A DNA stretch of 64,000 nucleotides from Candidatus Latescibacterota bacterium (GTDB lineage: Bacteria; Latescibacterota; UBA2968; GCA-2709665), in the NCBI GenBank assembly GCA_965222075.1, contig OZ244937.1, positions 1,568,001-1,632,000 on the forward strand. Direction: 5' to 3'. Each line of letters starts with the position of its first letter. Position 1 is the stretch's first letter. Position numbers and translations under genes: made by a program. Under the pieces are notes generated by a model. The model saw nothing but the letters and a program-made list of their open reading frames with translations. It had not been told where the DNA came from and did not search any database. Below are positions 10,150-21,800 of this stretch, one piece after another.

Positions 10150-11088
10150 ATGCGTTTTTCGGTTGATCCGGATTCCAGAACATCCATCTACCTTCAGATT
10201 AAAGACCAGATCCGGTATGCCATTTCTGTGGGGGAACTTCGCCCGGGGGATGCTCTGCCATCCATTCGCAAACTGGAAACCGAACTCGGTGTGAACCGGA
10301 ATACCATTCGCCGGGCCTACCTGGAGCTTCAAAACGAAGGGACGCTGACCATCCGGCAGGGAAAAAAGGCCGAGGTTGCCGCAAGTCCCCTTCGCCCCCG
10401 GGGGCGGGCATCCGGGTCACAGGCCGAGGTGTTAGCCCGCAGGATGGTGGAAGAAGCCGAGGCGGAGGGATTTGATGGCGTCTGGTTTATCTCGGTGTTT
10501 GAAAAGGCCGCCGTCGATCACGATAGGCGCTATGCCAAGTGTGCCTTCATCGAATGCAGTCAATACCAGGCGGACGATTTTGCAGGCGCAACCGGTGCGG
10601 TCTGGGGCCGCCACGTGGTTGGGATTGACTTACATCGGCTGCAGGAGAATATGGATTTGCTCCCATCTTCAACGCAATATGTGCTAACCACTCACTGGCA
10701 CCTCGCGGAAGTTCAGCGGCGCCTGAAGCAGCGGGTCAAAGCCATTCAGGACGTGAGCGTCCAACTTTCCCGGGCATTCTACGAAGGCGCCCGCCGGTTG
10801 AGCGGCTTAACCACGGGTCTGATCCTGCGGGACCCCGAGTCCGTACCGGGATACCGGAAGCTGGTCCGGGAACTTGTGGAAGTCAAGGGCGACGTACCAG
10901 TGGCTCTGATGGGCGAACAGGAGGCCCAGACACTCATGGACACCGTTGAAGGGGTAGTCTACACCACACCGTGCAGGGGCTTTGTAGCCGAGCATGCACC
11001 GTCACATCTTGTCACGCAAGAATTGCTGTACGAGCCTGTTTCCGGCGATCTCGTTCGCATCAGGGAAGACTTTTTTCCTGCTGCTTAA
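10150..11088 (+). CDS. GntR family transcriptional regulator (YtrA-like HTH with long C-terminal domain)
   Basis: IYLQIKDQI...GELRPGDALPSIRKL...VNRNTIRRAYLEL; GGAGG RBS. Confidence 0.9.
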   Translation: MRFSVDPDSRTSIYLQIKDQIRYAISVGELRPGDALPSIRKLETELGVNRNTIRRAYLELQNEGTLTIRQGKKAEVAASPLRPRGRASGSQAEVLARRMVEEAEAEGFDGVWFISVFEKAAVDHDRRYAKCAFIECSQYQADDFAGATGAVWGRHVVGIDLHRLQENMDLLPSSTQYVLTTHWHLAEVQRRLKQRVKAIQDVSVQLSRAFYEGARRLSGLTTGLILRDPESVPGYRKLVRELVEVKGDVPVALMGEQEAQTLMDTVEGVVYTTPCRGFVAEHAPSHLVTQELLYEPVSGDLVRIREDFFPAA

Positions 11089-11102
11089 CAAGGAGGGCTG
11101 AG

Positions 11103-12946
11103 ATGGATCTTCATCGCGCAGGATTCGTGTTTGTCATCATTGTTGTATTGGCTCTTTCAGTTCGGGTGGAAGCCCATCCTCATGCAGGTGCAAAGCTAAG
11201 TGTAAAGCAAGCAAAGCAAATGAACCAAAAGCTCGCAGAGCGCCTCAGGATGCTGGCGGTCGTTGATCGCCAGTACGAATTGGGGGAGGAAATCGAGCTT
11301 GTCTTTGCAAAGAACGAGGCAGCTCGACTAAGGTGTGTTGGTAATCCTTACGGTTTGCAAGAAATCCTCATAGGCTGGATTTCCGGTGATTTCTTCGGCA
11401 TGTCCGGCGACCTTGTCGACATGCGTTTTGTCTCTGATCAAGGAAAAATTGGGGGTGGGGGTTCTTTTTTCCCGAAGACCAAGGGCTGCCTTCGGCAATA
11501 CCGTTCCACGCCTTGCCTGGTGGTCGCCAGATATGACCTCGTGGACGGTAAACTTAACATGCGTTTCCGTGTGCAGACTGATCCGGCCGAGAACCGGCGC
11601 GCTTACGAAGAATATTTGAAAATCGACGGAATAGCCCTGCAACAAGGGGGAATTGGAAAGTGTTGACCGGTACGGATCGGATACCGGTGCCGAAACTTTC
11701 TGCCAACGAGCGAGTGGCAGCATTTGCCCGCCTCTGGAGTGAAGTAAAATACAACTTTGCGTTTTTTGACCAGGTTCCCAAGCTCGACTGGGACCGTGTA
11801 CTGGAAGAATATCTTCCGAAAGTGGTGGAAGAACAGTCACTTGATGAGTACTACCGATTGTTGCAGCGCTGTATCGCCCGGCTTCAAGATGGTCATACAG
11901 GTGTTTGGTGGGGCTTCCGAGAAACAGTGACGGGCGGTCCCCCCCTGCTCATACGATCAGTCGAAGGTAAAGCTATTGTTGCTGGTCTCGGCACATCCAG
12001 GGAGATCAAAGCGTCAGAATTGAAACCGGGAGACGAGATCACACATGTTGATGGCCTTTCGGTGCAGGAGATACTGGAGCAGGAAGTTTATCCCTATATC
12101 TTTGCATCGACACCGCAGGGGCGGGATCTTAAGGCCTATGGGAAACTCCTTGAGGGACCCAAAGACAGTCCGGTCAATATTCGCATTCGGAGTCTCAATG
12201 GTGCCACACGGGATTTGACCCTGACCCGACATTCCAAATGGAAAGAAAAGCCGTGGACCCAGCTTCCGAGCTTTGAATTCAAGGAATTGTCGCATGGGAC
12301 CGTCTATGTGGCAATTCGCACCTTTGATTCGGGGGATGTTGTTCAACAGTTCGATAAAATCTTTGAGAAGGTCCGTAAGGCCAGGGGACTCATCATCGAC
12401 GTAAGGGAGAATGGGGGCGGCAGTACAGACAATGCGCATGGCATCATCAGCTATCTGACCGATAGACCTCTAAAAGGATCTCACTGGAGAACACGGCAGT
12501 ATATGCCCTCCTTTCGAGCGTGGAATCAGGAAGAGAAATGGCACGAAGGAGCGCACGACCCTGTCCAGCCAAGAGGAGAGAATCCTTTTCTCGGTCCACT
12601 TGTGGTGTTGATCGGCCCGGGGACAGTTAGTGCGGCGGAAGACTTTTTGATCCCGTTGCATCACAGTGGCCGGACGACACTGGTTGGAGAGAGAACGGCA
12701 GGAACCACAGGTCAGCCCCTTCTCGTCTCCCTCCCGGCTGGGAAGGCCAGGATTTGTACTAAACGAGATACCTATCCTGACGGGAGAGAATTTGTCGGAA
12801 TCGGCGTCATCCCGGATGTGGAGGTGCATCCGACCCGGGAGGACATTGCCAGCGGCCGCGACGCGGTCCTGGAAAAGGGACTGGAATTACTCAGAACCAG
12901 CTCTGCTCCGTGGTCGGCGCCTGAAGAAAGCGATAATCGGTTCTGA
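11103..12946 (+). CDS. S41 family peptidase, probably one secreted gene split by a frameshift at the G5 tract 11646-11650 (ORFs 11103-11666 and 11660-12946)
   Basis: Upstream ORF has an RBS and signal peptide. Downstream ORF has a PDZ-like region, LIIDVRENGGG, TVSAAEDF, GERTAG and GVIPD. Confidence 0.75.
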
Positions 12947-12956
12947 TGTCAATTAA

Positions 12957-14801
12957 CTACCGATATCGATCGGCTTGTGTGTCAAACATCCTTTTGTATT
13001 GTCCTTCCGAAGTCATCAATTCATCATGGGTACCTTCTTCAATCAATTGACCATCTTGCAACACTAAAATATGCTGTGCCATCCGAACAGTAGAAAATCT
13101 ATGCGAGATAAATATGGTTGTTTTTTCTTTTGTTAAATCTGCAAATCGCTTGAAAATCTCATATTCAGCTAAGGCATCTAATGCAGCTGTGGGCTCATCC
13201 AGGATCAGAATCTGTGCTCGCTCTCGCATAAATGCTCTACTTAATGCCAACTTCTGCCATTCTCCACCAGATAAATCTACACCCTCATCAAATGTCCGTC
13301 CTAAAACTGTGTCGAACCCTTTAGAAAGCTTATCAATAACTGGCGTGGCTCCTCCTTTCTCTGCAGCTCGTGAAATACACTCCAGGTCATCAAGAGACTC
13401 AACCTGCCCAAAGCCGATATTTTCCCGCAGAGAAAGATCATAACGAACAAAGTCCTGGAAGATAACTCCCATTTGGCCGCGTAAGTCGTCTACCTCATAC
13501 TCTTTTAGATCCTTATCATCCAAAAGAATGGTTCCTTCTGTCGGGTCATAAAAACGAACCAGTAGTTTCACCAGAGTTGTTTTTCCTGCTCCATTTTCAC
13601 CCACAACGGCTACCGCCTCTCCTGGCCGTATAATGAAAGAGAGATTCTTGAGCACTAACCTTTCAGACCCAGGATAGCGAAACGATACATTTCGAAATTC
13701 TATGCCTTCTTTTGTTGGTCTTGGCACGATTAAAGGCTGACCACCCATCTGTTTTTTTCTCGATAAGGCTCCTTCTACGGAATCTGGCACGAGATCCAGG
13801 AAACCAAAAAAATTTCCAGCAAAAAGGCTGTGTTCATAGAATAACCCTATTGTCCGAAACAGTTGACTTAGCCTATTTCTGCTCTGTTCAGCTGCTTGGA
13901 ACGCTAAAGCTACATCTCCTATCGTGATTTGTGATATAACCGCCTGAATGACGGCATAACCCCAGATCGCTGCTGTGCCAGACATCGATATAAATCCAAG
14001 AAGCAGCCCCGATCGCTCTTGAGAAAACCGAAGCCCTTTGATCTCACTAAAATATTTTAGCCAAAAGTTATGAAATCGCTCCAGCAGCGGCTCATGCAAT
14101 CCGAATAACCGGATTTCTTTTACTGCATTACGCGATCCTAAAAGATCTGAGAGGTACATAGCCATTCGTCGAGCAGGCGTATGGGTTCCTACTAATTTAA
14201 ATCTGCGACCCGCATAATAACCTCCTACAAGAACCTGGGGTACTGTTGTAAGAAGGAGGACAACTACTGTAATAGGATGTATTCTAAAAAGTAGCCATAG
14301 CATCATCCCTAAAGACAGAAAACCTCCGAAGACATCCAGCCAGAGAACCGCAAGATTATGGATTCGGTAGCCCTCTCTTCGAGCGTTCTCCATCTGATCG
14401 TAAAATGCGGGTGTTTCGTAAAAAGCTATATCGAGCTGGGCCGCTTTTCTCAGTACCATATATTCACCACAAATTTGTACCTTCTGCCCCAACAGTTGTT
14501 TCATGCCTCCCGAAAAAGACTGACACGCTCCACCCAAGATCCATACCAGGAAGATCGCTCCTACAGGCATAAGAATTGTATACCAATTCAGGGTAACTCC
14601 TTGAGCAGATGCCTGAAGTGCCTCAGTGATTCGATCAATGATAACTTTCGATAGCCACACCTGGACGGGTGGCACTACTGAACTGATTATAGTCAATAGA
14701 ACTGTAAACAGCGTGTACCAGGGTGCGGCTTCCCAAACCAATTTAAGCACACGAGGATAGAGTCCGATTACCTGATAGATTGTCTGCCAAGTTTTTCTCA
14801 T
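12957..14801 (-). CDS. ABC exporter, fused permease/ATP-binding protein
   Basis: TM N-terminus; GENGAGKT, LSGGEWQ, ILDEPT, ISHR. Visibly AT-richer than the flanks. Confidence 0.93.
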   Translation of the reverse strand: MRKTWQTIYQVIGLYPRVLKLVWEAAPWYTLFTVLLTIISSVVPPVQVWLSKVIIDRITEALQASAQGVTLNWYTILMPVGAIFLVWILGGACQSFSGGMKQLLGQKVQICGEYMVLRKAAQLDIAFYETPAFYDQMENARREGYRIHNLAVLWLDVFGGFLSLGMMLWLLFRIHPITVVVLLLTTVPQVLVGGYYAGRRFKLVGTHTPARRMAMYLSDLLGSRNAVKEIRLFGLHEPLLERFHNFWLKYFSEIKGLRFSQERSGLLLGFISMSGTAAIWGYAVIQAVISQITIGDVALAFQAAEQSRNRLSQLFRTIGLFYEHSLFAGNFFGFLDLVPDSVEGALSRKKQMGGQPLIVPRPTKEGIEFRNVSFRYPGSERLVLKNLSFIIRPGEAVAVVGENGAGKTTLVKLLVRFYDPTEGTILLDDKDLKEYEVDDLRGQMGVIFQDFVRYDLSLRENIGFGQVESLDDLECISRAAEKGGATPVIDKLSKGFDTVLGRTFDEGVDLSGGEWQKLALSRAFMRERAQILILDEPTAALDALAEYEIFKRFADLTKEKTTIFISHRFSTVRMAQHILVLQDGQLIEEGTHDELMTSEGQYKRMFDTQADRYR

Positions 14802-14840
14802 TAAAAGTTTACCTTGAGAAGGTACAAATATAGCACACCT

Positions 14841-15058
14841 TCAATACCCCAGCCAGGGCTCGATCCACGGATGGATCCGGTGTCCGGCGCCGGGAAAGAA
14901 AACAACATCGATCACGAACGAAACAATCACCGCCGACGTGTGCCCTACAATCAATCCCAGGAAAAACGGCCTGGCTTTCCGATACAGCATCACGCCTCCA
15001 AGCCGCACAATCAGATACTTGCACAGCCAGGCAACAAAAATGGACAGCACGAAATTGA
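14841..15058 (-). pseudogene. 3' remnant of a DUF6785/DUF6784-like membrane protein
   Basis: SIFVAWLCKYLIVRLGG..LYRKARPFFLGLIVG...FFPGAGHRIHPWIE matches the C-terminus of 27748-29712. Confidence 0.8.
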
Positions 15059-15090
15059 CCAGAACAAATTATCGTGCTCTCCCTCCACAA

Positions 15091-18000
15091 TTAAAGGCTC
15101 AGTACCGACAACCTCCCATCCGAAGACCCAAGCAGCAGACGGCCTTCGCCGTCGGACGTCAGCGCATGGATTGTTCCCTCCATCCGGTGGACACCGAGCG
15201 TTTTCCCCTCTCCGTCCAGAATCCACACGCTTCCGTCTTCACATCCGGCAACGATCTCCGGCCCCCCATCTCGATTTACATCAACGGCCAGCGCACGGCG
15301 CACAGGCGCTTTCAGATTGCGCCGCCACCGCTCCGTGCCGTCCTCACCGAACAGATAGAGGTAGAAACAATCCGACCCGGCCGCGACTTCAGGCCTGCCG
15401 TCCCCATCCACGTCCGCTGCCACAACCGCGTGTACCTCTTCGCCCACCTCCCGACGCCACAGGGTCTCCAGGCGACTCCCGTCCAGCCTCAGGGCGTAGA
15501 CATTCGACTGGGTCGTACCGCACGCGATCAGGTGGCCTCCATTTTCGTGCGTATACACATCGCATCCCGGAATCATCGACGGCCATCCGTCCAACCCGTC
15601 GCTGGCAATCTCCCGGCCGTCCGCATCCAGCACATAACACGTCCCCCCACAAGAAATTCGGCCCGGCCCGCCGACCACCTCGGGGCGTCCATCGCCGTTC
15701 ACATCCACCAGGCAGAACGGATCGAAAATCCCGTAAATAAAAAAGGTCCAGCGTTCATTGCCATCCGCGTCAAAACAGTGGAGCTGCCGATCCGTAACCG
15801 CCGCCAGTATGTCCGGTTTTCCCACGCCGCGAAGGTCTGCGGCCTTCACCAGTTCTACGGAGGAATTCCGGGTGTACCAGGCCCATCCCCCCTGGAAAAT
15901 CTCAAACCTGTGGGACCATCGCACCTTCCCCCCCTCCTCCAGAAGGTAGAGCCGCCGGTCGTTCGCCCCCACCGCCACCGGGGGGGAATCGTCTCCGACC
16001 TGCCCGGCCACACACACCGACAGCACCGCATCCTCTGCCTGGAACGTCCAGTCAGGTTCTCCTCCCTGGCCCAATACAACCACGCGCCCGTCCTGCGTAC
16101 CCACAACCGCGCCATCCCCTCTGCATGTCACGCACCGCACGCCAGACCCAAACTCGCGCGACCATACCGGACGCAAAGTTGGCACGGATGCCTTCCGCAC
16201 GCCCACCCGGACAGCATCCTGCCAGTCCGGAAGGCCCCAAACACGATCCAGATCCAGCGCACCCTCGCCCACAGGCGCCCTGGGTAGATCGTGCTTCCCG
16301 GCCGAAAACGTCTGCTTCCCACCACACAGCGCCACCTCCACTGATTCCGGCGCCGTCACTGTGCCCGCCTCCGGATCAAACTCGATCGACACCGGCGCAT
16401 CGCTTTCGAAAATGGCCGCCTCCCCGCGCAACAGACTACCGCCGCACAGCGCAAACCACCCGTCTCCAATCGCATATACCTCGGCCTTCCCCAGGAGCGG
16501 TCCGACCGCAAATTCCCCCTCCGCTCCCCCTGTCCCGACCAGCATCCGCCCCTCCGACCCCTCGATCAGCACCGCAGACGCTCCCACACGCCGCATCCGG
16601 ACATCCACCGGCTTTGCCTTATTTGTCGCATAGAACAGATTGATAAACGTATGCCGATCCCCCACCGCCATCTCCCGGTTCGCAGACTGGCGCAGGATGT
16701 TGACGTAATCGTCCGAATAAGGATAGTCCTTCCACCAGTGCCCGAAACTCTCCCAATCGCGCTCCAGCGAAGTCCGATCTCCGCCAACGCCTTCCAGCAC
16801 GAACCGATCCTCCCGCCCGTCTTCCGGATCCCGCTGCACCGCCTCCAGCCGATTCGCCTCCAGCGTCGGGGTCCCCAGCGTACGCCAGCTGCACTGGAGT
16901 GCGAACGCGCCTGCCTGCGTGGCTTCGACCTCATCCACCACCACAAAATATCGACCCTTAAGCCACACCATATTCCGTACCCACCGCGCCCCCCATTCCC
17001 CCTCCATGGACGTCCGGCTCATCCCCACACGGTCCAGGTCTGCCAGCCCCTCCAGCCCGCACAGCGCCGGCACCTCCCACGGCGCTCCGTTCCGAACCGC
17101 CGTTACCCCGGTGTGGTGCTTCAGCGTCGGCCCCTCCGTATACGAGGCATCCACCAGAAAAACCCGGTCGTTCGCCGAGAACTCCACAATCGTGTTCCCG
17201 TCGTCGTGCCCGTGGTTGCCGTAGGAAATCCCGTGCAGCATCAGATACTGATCTTCCCGGTCGAATCCCTCCCGAAAACAGACCGTATCGAACGCCTCCT
17301 CCCGCGGCAGATTCAGCGGCTTCACCTCGCTCTTTCGCGCCTTCGGATCGCTGGCAAAATCGTAAAACCCCTGCGCCACCTCCAGCACCCGCACCCCGGC
17401 CATCTCCGAGGGCGCCTCGGGTTCCAGGCCGTCGCAGAAATATTTCTCGAATCCATGCACCAGCGAAACCCTGTCCGACCGCATGCGAATCAGAAACTCC
17501 GCTCGGCCGTCCCGCAGGACGTGGCCCGCCTTCACCAGGAAACTCGCCGGCGGCGGTACCTGCGATCCGCCCGAATCGCCGAATGCCGGCATGGCCCCGC
17601 GATTGTTGCAGTACAACACCGCCTGGTCCAGCGACCGACGGCAGTTCCCATTCTCAATATATGTCCGATCCCCACTCGCCAGCGTATACGTCAGCAGATG
17701 GTCCAGTGTCGTCCACTGGTAGGCATTCGCATCCTCGGTCGGCTTGAACGATTCCGCCTGCCCCTTGAACAGATCCGCAGACGCCGCCTGCCACTCCTCC
17801 GCCTCCGGCATCCCGTAATGCGTGGAAAAGTATCGCCCCGCAAACCACGACGACAGCCCCACCAGCGTCTGGTGGTTCTGACGCACCATCCGGTGCCCCA
17901 CTCCCTGACGGAAAAACCGGTTATACGCGCCTTCTTCCGAATCCATAATCCACAGCAAATACCGCGTGATCCGCAGCCGGTCCTCGTCCGAAAAAACCGG

Positions 18001-18786
18001 ACTCTCCTCGATCAGGTCCCAGATCACCGCCATCCACCACACATTGAAGTGCGCCATCACCCCGTACTCGCCCATCTTCAGGTGTGCGTCCACGGCCTCC
18101 CGAAGCGCCTTTGCATAGACCTCATACCCCGTCCGGTGATACATCAGCCCCAGTCTCCCCGCCTCGGTGACCATCCCGTGGCCCGCCCCCGCTTTGGAGG
18201 CGTGCGGCTGGCTGACCCGTCCGATAAAATCCTCCCGGCGCTCCTCCAGCCACCCCTCCGGCGGATGTTTGAGAGAATCGAAGGCCGGACCGGGCGCAAC
18301 CTCCATCAGCCACCCGAAACTCAGCCGCTCGCCCTCCCTGACCCGTTCCACAAAACGGGATGCCGCACGGTCCAGCCCACCCCCGTCGCTGGCCCCCAGC
18401 AGGATCGCATTCTTCCCGTTGCCCAGCAGATTGTGCAGCGTCCGCAACGTATACCCCCCCTCGCCGGGATAACAGAGATCCTCAACAGCCCACCACTGGT
18501 GATACAGCCACCGGATAAAGGGGTTGTCCGCCATATTCCCCAGAGCCACCACGTGCCGGTCAAGCAGCCCTTCGGCCGTTCCACCCCCGGCGCTGACCAC
18601 CGGCAGACGAACGCCCGTGGCCGCCTGAATACGTTCCGCGATCCGCTCTGCCAGCCGCTCGTGCGCCGGATTGTCCCCGATCACAAGCCTCCCTGCGGGT
18701 TGCCCGTCTGCCACGAGCGCCGTCTCCAGATGCATATCTTTCAATGCATCGATTTTCAGTCCGACTGACCCCTGTTCCGCGTCCAT
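15091..18786 (-). CDS. Heparinase II/III-like + FG-GAP/PQQ beta-propeller protein, paralog 2
   Basis: 1231 aa; YPGEGGYTLRTLHN, RQNHQ, AFGDS, GNHGHDDGN, C-terminal D.NGDG/DVDGDG repeats. Confidence 0.85.
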   Translation of the reverse strand: MDAEQGSVGLKIDALKDMHLETALVADGQPAGRLVIGDNPAHERLAERIAERIQAATGVRLPVVSAGGGTAEGLLDRHVVALGNMADNPFIRWLYHQWWAVEDLCYPGEGGYTLRTLHNLLGNGKNAILLGASDGGGLDRAASRFVERVREGERLSFGWLMEVAPGPAFDSLKHPPEGWLEERREDFIGRVSQPHASKAGAGHGMVTEAGRLGLMYHRTGYEVYAKALREAVDAHLKMGEYGVMAHFNVWWMAVIWDLIEESPVFSDEDRLRITRYLLWIMDSEEGAYNRFFRQGVGHRMVRQNHQTLVGLSSWFAGRYFSTHYGMPEAEEWQAASADLFKGQAESFKPTEDANAYQWTTLDHLLTYTLASGDRTYIENGNCRRSLDQAVLYCNNRGAMPAFGDSGGSQVPPPASFLVKAGHVLRDGRAEFLIRMRSDRVSLVHGFEKYFCDGLEPEAPSEMAGVRVLEVAQGFYDFASDPKARKSEVKPLNLPREEAFDTVCFREGFDREDQYLMLHGISYGNHGHDDGNTIVEFSANDRVFLVDASYTEGPTLKHHTGVTAVRNGAPWEVPALCGLEGLADLDRVGMSRTSMEGEWGARWVRNMVWLKGRYFVVVDEVEATQAGAFALQCSWRTLGTPTLEANRLEAVQRDPEDGREDRFVLEGVGGDRTSLERDWESFGHWWKDYPYSDDYVNILRQSANREMAVGDRHTFINLFYATNKAKPVDVRMRRVGASAVLIEGSEGRMLVGTGGAEGEFAVGPLLGKAEVYAIGDGWFALCGGSLLRGEAAIFESDAPVSIEFDPEAGTVTAPESVEVALCGGKQTFSAGKHDLPRAPVGEGALDLDRVWGLPDWQDAVRVGVRKASVPTLRPVWSREFGSGVRCVTCRGDGAVVGTQDGRVVVLGQGGEPDWTFQAEDAVLSVCVAGQVGDDSPPVAVGANDRRLYLLEEGGKVRWSHRFEIFQGGWAWYTRNSSVELVKAADLRGVGKPDILAAVTDRQLHCFDADGNERWTFFIYGIFDPFCLVDVNGDGRPEVVGGPGRISCGGTCYVLDADGREIASDGLDGWPSMIPGCDVYTHENGGHLIACGTTQSNVYALRLDGSRLETLWRREVGEEVHAVVAADVDGDGRPEVAAGSDCFYLYLFGEDGTERWRRNLKAPVRRALAVDVNRDGGPEIVAGCEDGSVWILDGEGKTLGVHRMEGTIHALTSDGEGRLLLGSSDGRLSVLSL

Positions 18787-18810
18787 ATTTCCTCCTGCCG
18801 AATGTCATGT

Positions 18811-21800
18811 TCACCAGCGGTCCCCCACCCTCCATCCCTTGACCTCCCCCTCATCCGTCGCCAGCACCACATCCCCATCCACACGAACAATACAGGTCGG
18901 CCTTCCCGCAATCCTGCCCGACCGGACCACCTCTCCACCGCCATCCAGAACAACCAGCGTACCGTCTTCGCAGCCTGCCACAACCCGGCAGGCGCCCGCC
19001 GCCTCAACCCATGCCATAACCGCCGGCGGACTCGGCAGCCGTCTCGCCCAGACCTTCTCACACCGGTGATTGAGCGCAAGTACCAGCCCACCCGAAATCG
19101 CCACGAGCAGCTCTTTCTTGCCGTCACCATCCAGGTCGGCGATATCGAAATCCCGCACGTTATCTGCCGGAATGCGCTGCCCCGGGCCCAGGTGAACATT
19201 GTACAGCGCCGTTCCATCGTCCGCCCACACCGTCACCCGGTTCCAGGTTCCGTTGATCTCGCTGACCACTTCCATCTTGCCGTCCCCGTCCAGGTCCTCG
19301 TAAAAAATGTGCTTCCGGCTCATGCACGCCCACCCCCCGATATTCGTGTGGCCGGCAGGCACATCCCGGAAGCTGCGCTGCTTCGGGTCCATCTCCCGGT
19401 TGTTCACCACGGCCATCGCGTGCGAGTCCGTAGGCTGGCGTGCAATCAGAAGATTGACACTCCCCCCGGGTCCGTCGATCAGGGCAAACCGCGAACCCGG
19501 CCCCCAGAACACCGGCAGCCGCTTCACGAGTTCCCCGTTTTCGTCCAGCATCTCCAGCGTGCAGGCGCTGCCCACGAAAGCCTGGCTCTTCCCATCCAGA
19601 AAAACGCCGGAATGGAGCCCATGAATGCCCGCGTGTCCCGGAGCCGACTTGAACCAGTAAGGTTTTGCAGCCCGGAACACCGCAGGGTCTTCCTCGGACA
19701 CGAACACCCATTTGCGGTCCCCGGTATCCACATCGAACGCGATCACCTTCTCGTCCACGCACCCCGCCAGAAGCAAACCGTGCTCCTCCCACCAGTGAAG
19801 CACGCGAACAGGACCATCCGTCTGAAGCGTCCGGAGCTCCTCCCCCTCCTGTGTCAACACGTGTACCGTCTGTGCTTCAGCCGCACAGATCCGCGTGCCC
19901 TCGCCCGAAGAAACGGTGATGAGGTTCACCACCTCACCCCCCACGTTCGACGCAAAAACCGACGTCAGAGACGGCACATCCGGCAGAACCGGTGAACCTG
20001 CGGCGGCAAGCTGCCGTCTTGCTTCCCGGCCCTGGTTCAGAAGGCCCTCAAGCCGCGCCGTCACCTTTTCAAGCGTGCCCGCATCCGGCACAACGCCGGA
20101 CACCCTATGCCGCCCGGCGGCGACCTGAAGTACCGAAAGACCGTCCGCAACCCCCAGACGAATCTCCGTCTCCCCGCCGGCAACCACCTCCAGAACACCG
20201 CTGTGAAAGTCCCAGTCAACCTGCACGGGCGCACTTGCGGAGAGGAGCGAAGCGCCAAGCGCAACCTCTGTCGCGTTCACCCCGTGCAGGTGGTCCCGCG
20301 CCAGCACCACCAGCTCAGCTTGAAGCCCCTCATACGCGCCCACAGCAGCTACGGCCGGCTCCGGCAGCGCCAGGACCGCTGCATTCTCCGCCAGCCGCGC
20401 ACACACCGTCCCCTCTGCTGCAATCAACGAGAAAAATCGTCTCTCGCTCCCCTGCTGCACGGTTCCGCGCCAGGCCATACGCGCCTGGCCATCTCCAACA
20501 GCGGTCTCGACCGGGTCGCACAGGCGGATCTCCCCGGCGCCCGCAACGCGAACCGCGCCCCCGTCCGGCAACGCCTCCCACGCGCCCTTCCCCTGCCACA
20601 GCACCCCAACCTCCATGTCCTCGCTGTCCGCACGAAACGCCAGATCGTCCACAGCCAGGACGTACCGGCCCACGCGCTGAACAAGCGTCCGCCGCCAGGT
20701 GCAAAACGCGGCCCCGGGCACCTCGCCCACGACCACGGCGCTCCCTCCCACCACATCCCGATACCGGAGGGCCGCATCCATCGCCACCTCCGGCTCCACC
20801 ATTCCATCCGCTCTGATCAGCACCTGGTTCAGATAGCCCTCGAGTACTGTCTGGCCATCCAGCCGCAATTCCAGAATGACAAAAGTATGGTAAGGATTGC
20901 GCGAGGCCCCGTTCATTCCTTTAATCAGGATAAAATCACCCGACGCATCGGGCGCACTTCGAAAGCTGCCGAACAGAAACGAGCCTTCCAGTGGCAATCC
21001 GCCGGAGCGACCTCGCCACATCGGCTCGGGAATGGGATGGATGCTCCACGTATCCACCAGATCCGTGGGCAGTTCCGGCTTGAGATCGTCTTCGGGCCAG
21101 AACGACTGCCCAAGCCGGAAGATGTCCAGGTCGATCCCGGTACGGCGCAGGTATTCGCGGTAGCGCCCGTCCTTCATCAGATAGGCGGCCTTGTTCAGAA
21201 ATCCGATCGACGCCGAATTCAGCGCCCAGTCCGGCTCGCGTCCCGAAGCCAGAATCTCCTGCCCGCGAAGCAGCGTGGCCAGCACCCCGTTTTCGATCAG
21301 CTTCCGATCACCCGTAAGCAGCATATAGCTCAAAACAGGGGCCATGCCGGTATTGTACCAGAAAAGATTGTCGTGCTCCCCGTCTACCCAGGCGTGGTGA
21401 TGCAGCGGGGCAAAATGCCATTTGGCCGCTTCCATCGACTGTTCCCAGAGCGGATGGGGATAGCCCTTCTGAAAATAGCGGCCCAAACAATAAAGCGAAA
21501 TCGCCGACCACTGTCCATGCCGGGACCCTATGCTGAGCGGCGGGTCTCCAAATCCCCGCCTTCCCATGCGCACATTCTCCACAACCTGCCGCCGCGCGCC
21601 CTGGTCCTGCGCGTGCGCGAACTGCCCGGCAAAAGCATTCGTCACGCGCAGCCGCTCTTCGTCCGTAAACACCGGGCTTTCTTCAATCAGATCCCAGTAC
21701 AGAATCATCATATGCGCGTTGTAGTGGTAGGGCCCACTCAGCGGCTCGTCCTTGTTCTCGATCTGCTCCCCGTCGATCTCGGTAATCTCCGCCATCGCGC

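Noticed and set aside
18974-18992. cctgcc...ggcagg and other half-motifs (16910, 48014, 51160, 56415, 61726) as further mini-elements
   Set aside because: They lack the paired full ends or encode residues conserved in paralogs (e.g. VAGCEDG, GLP.W).
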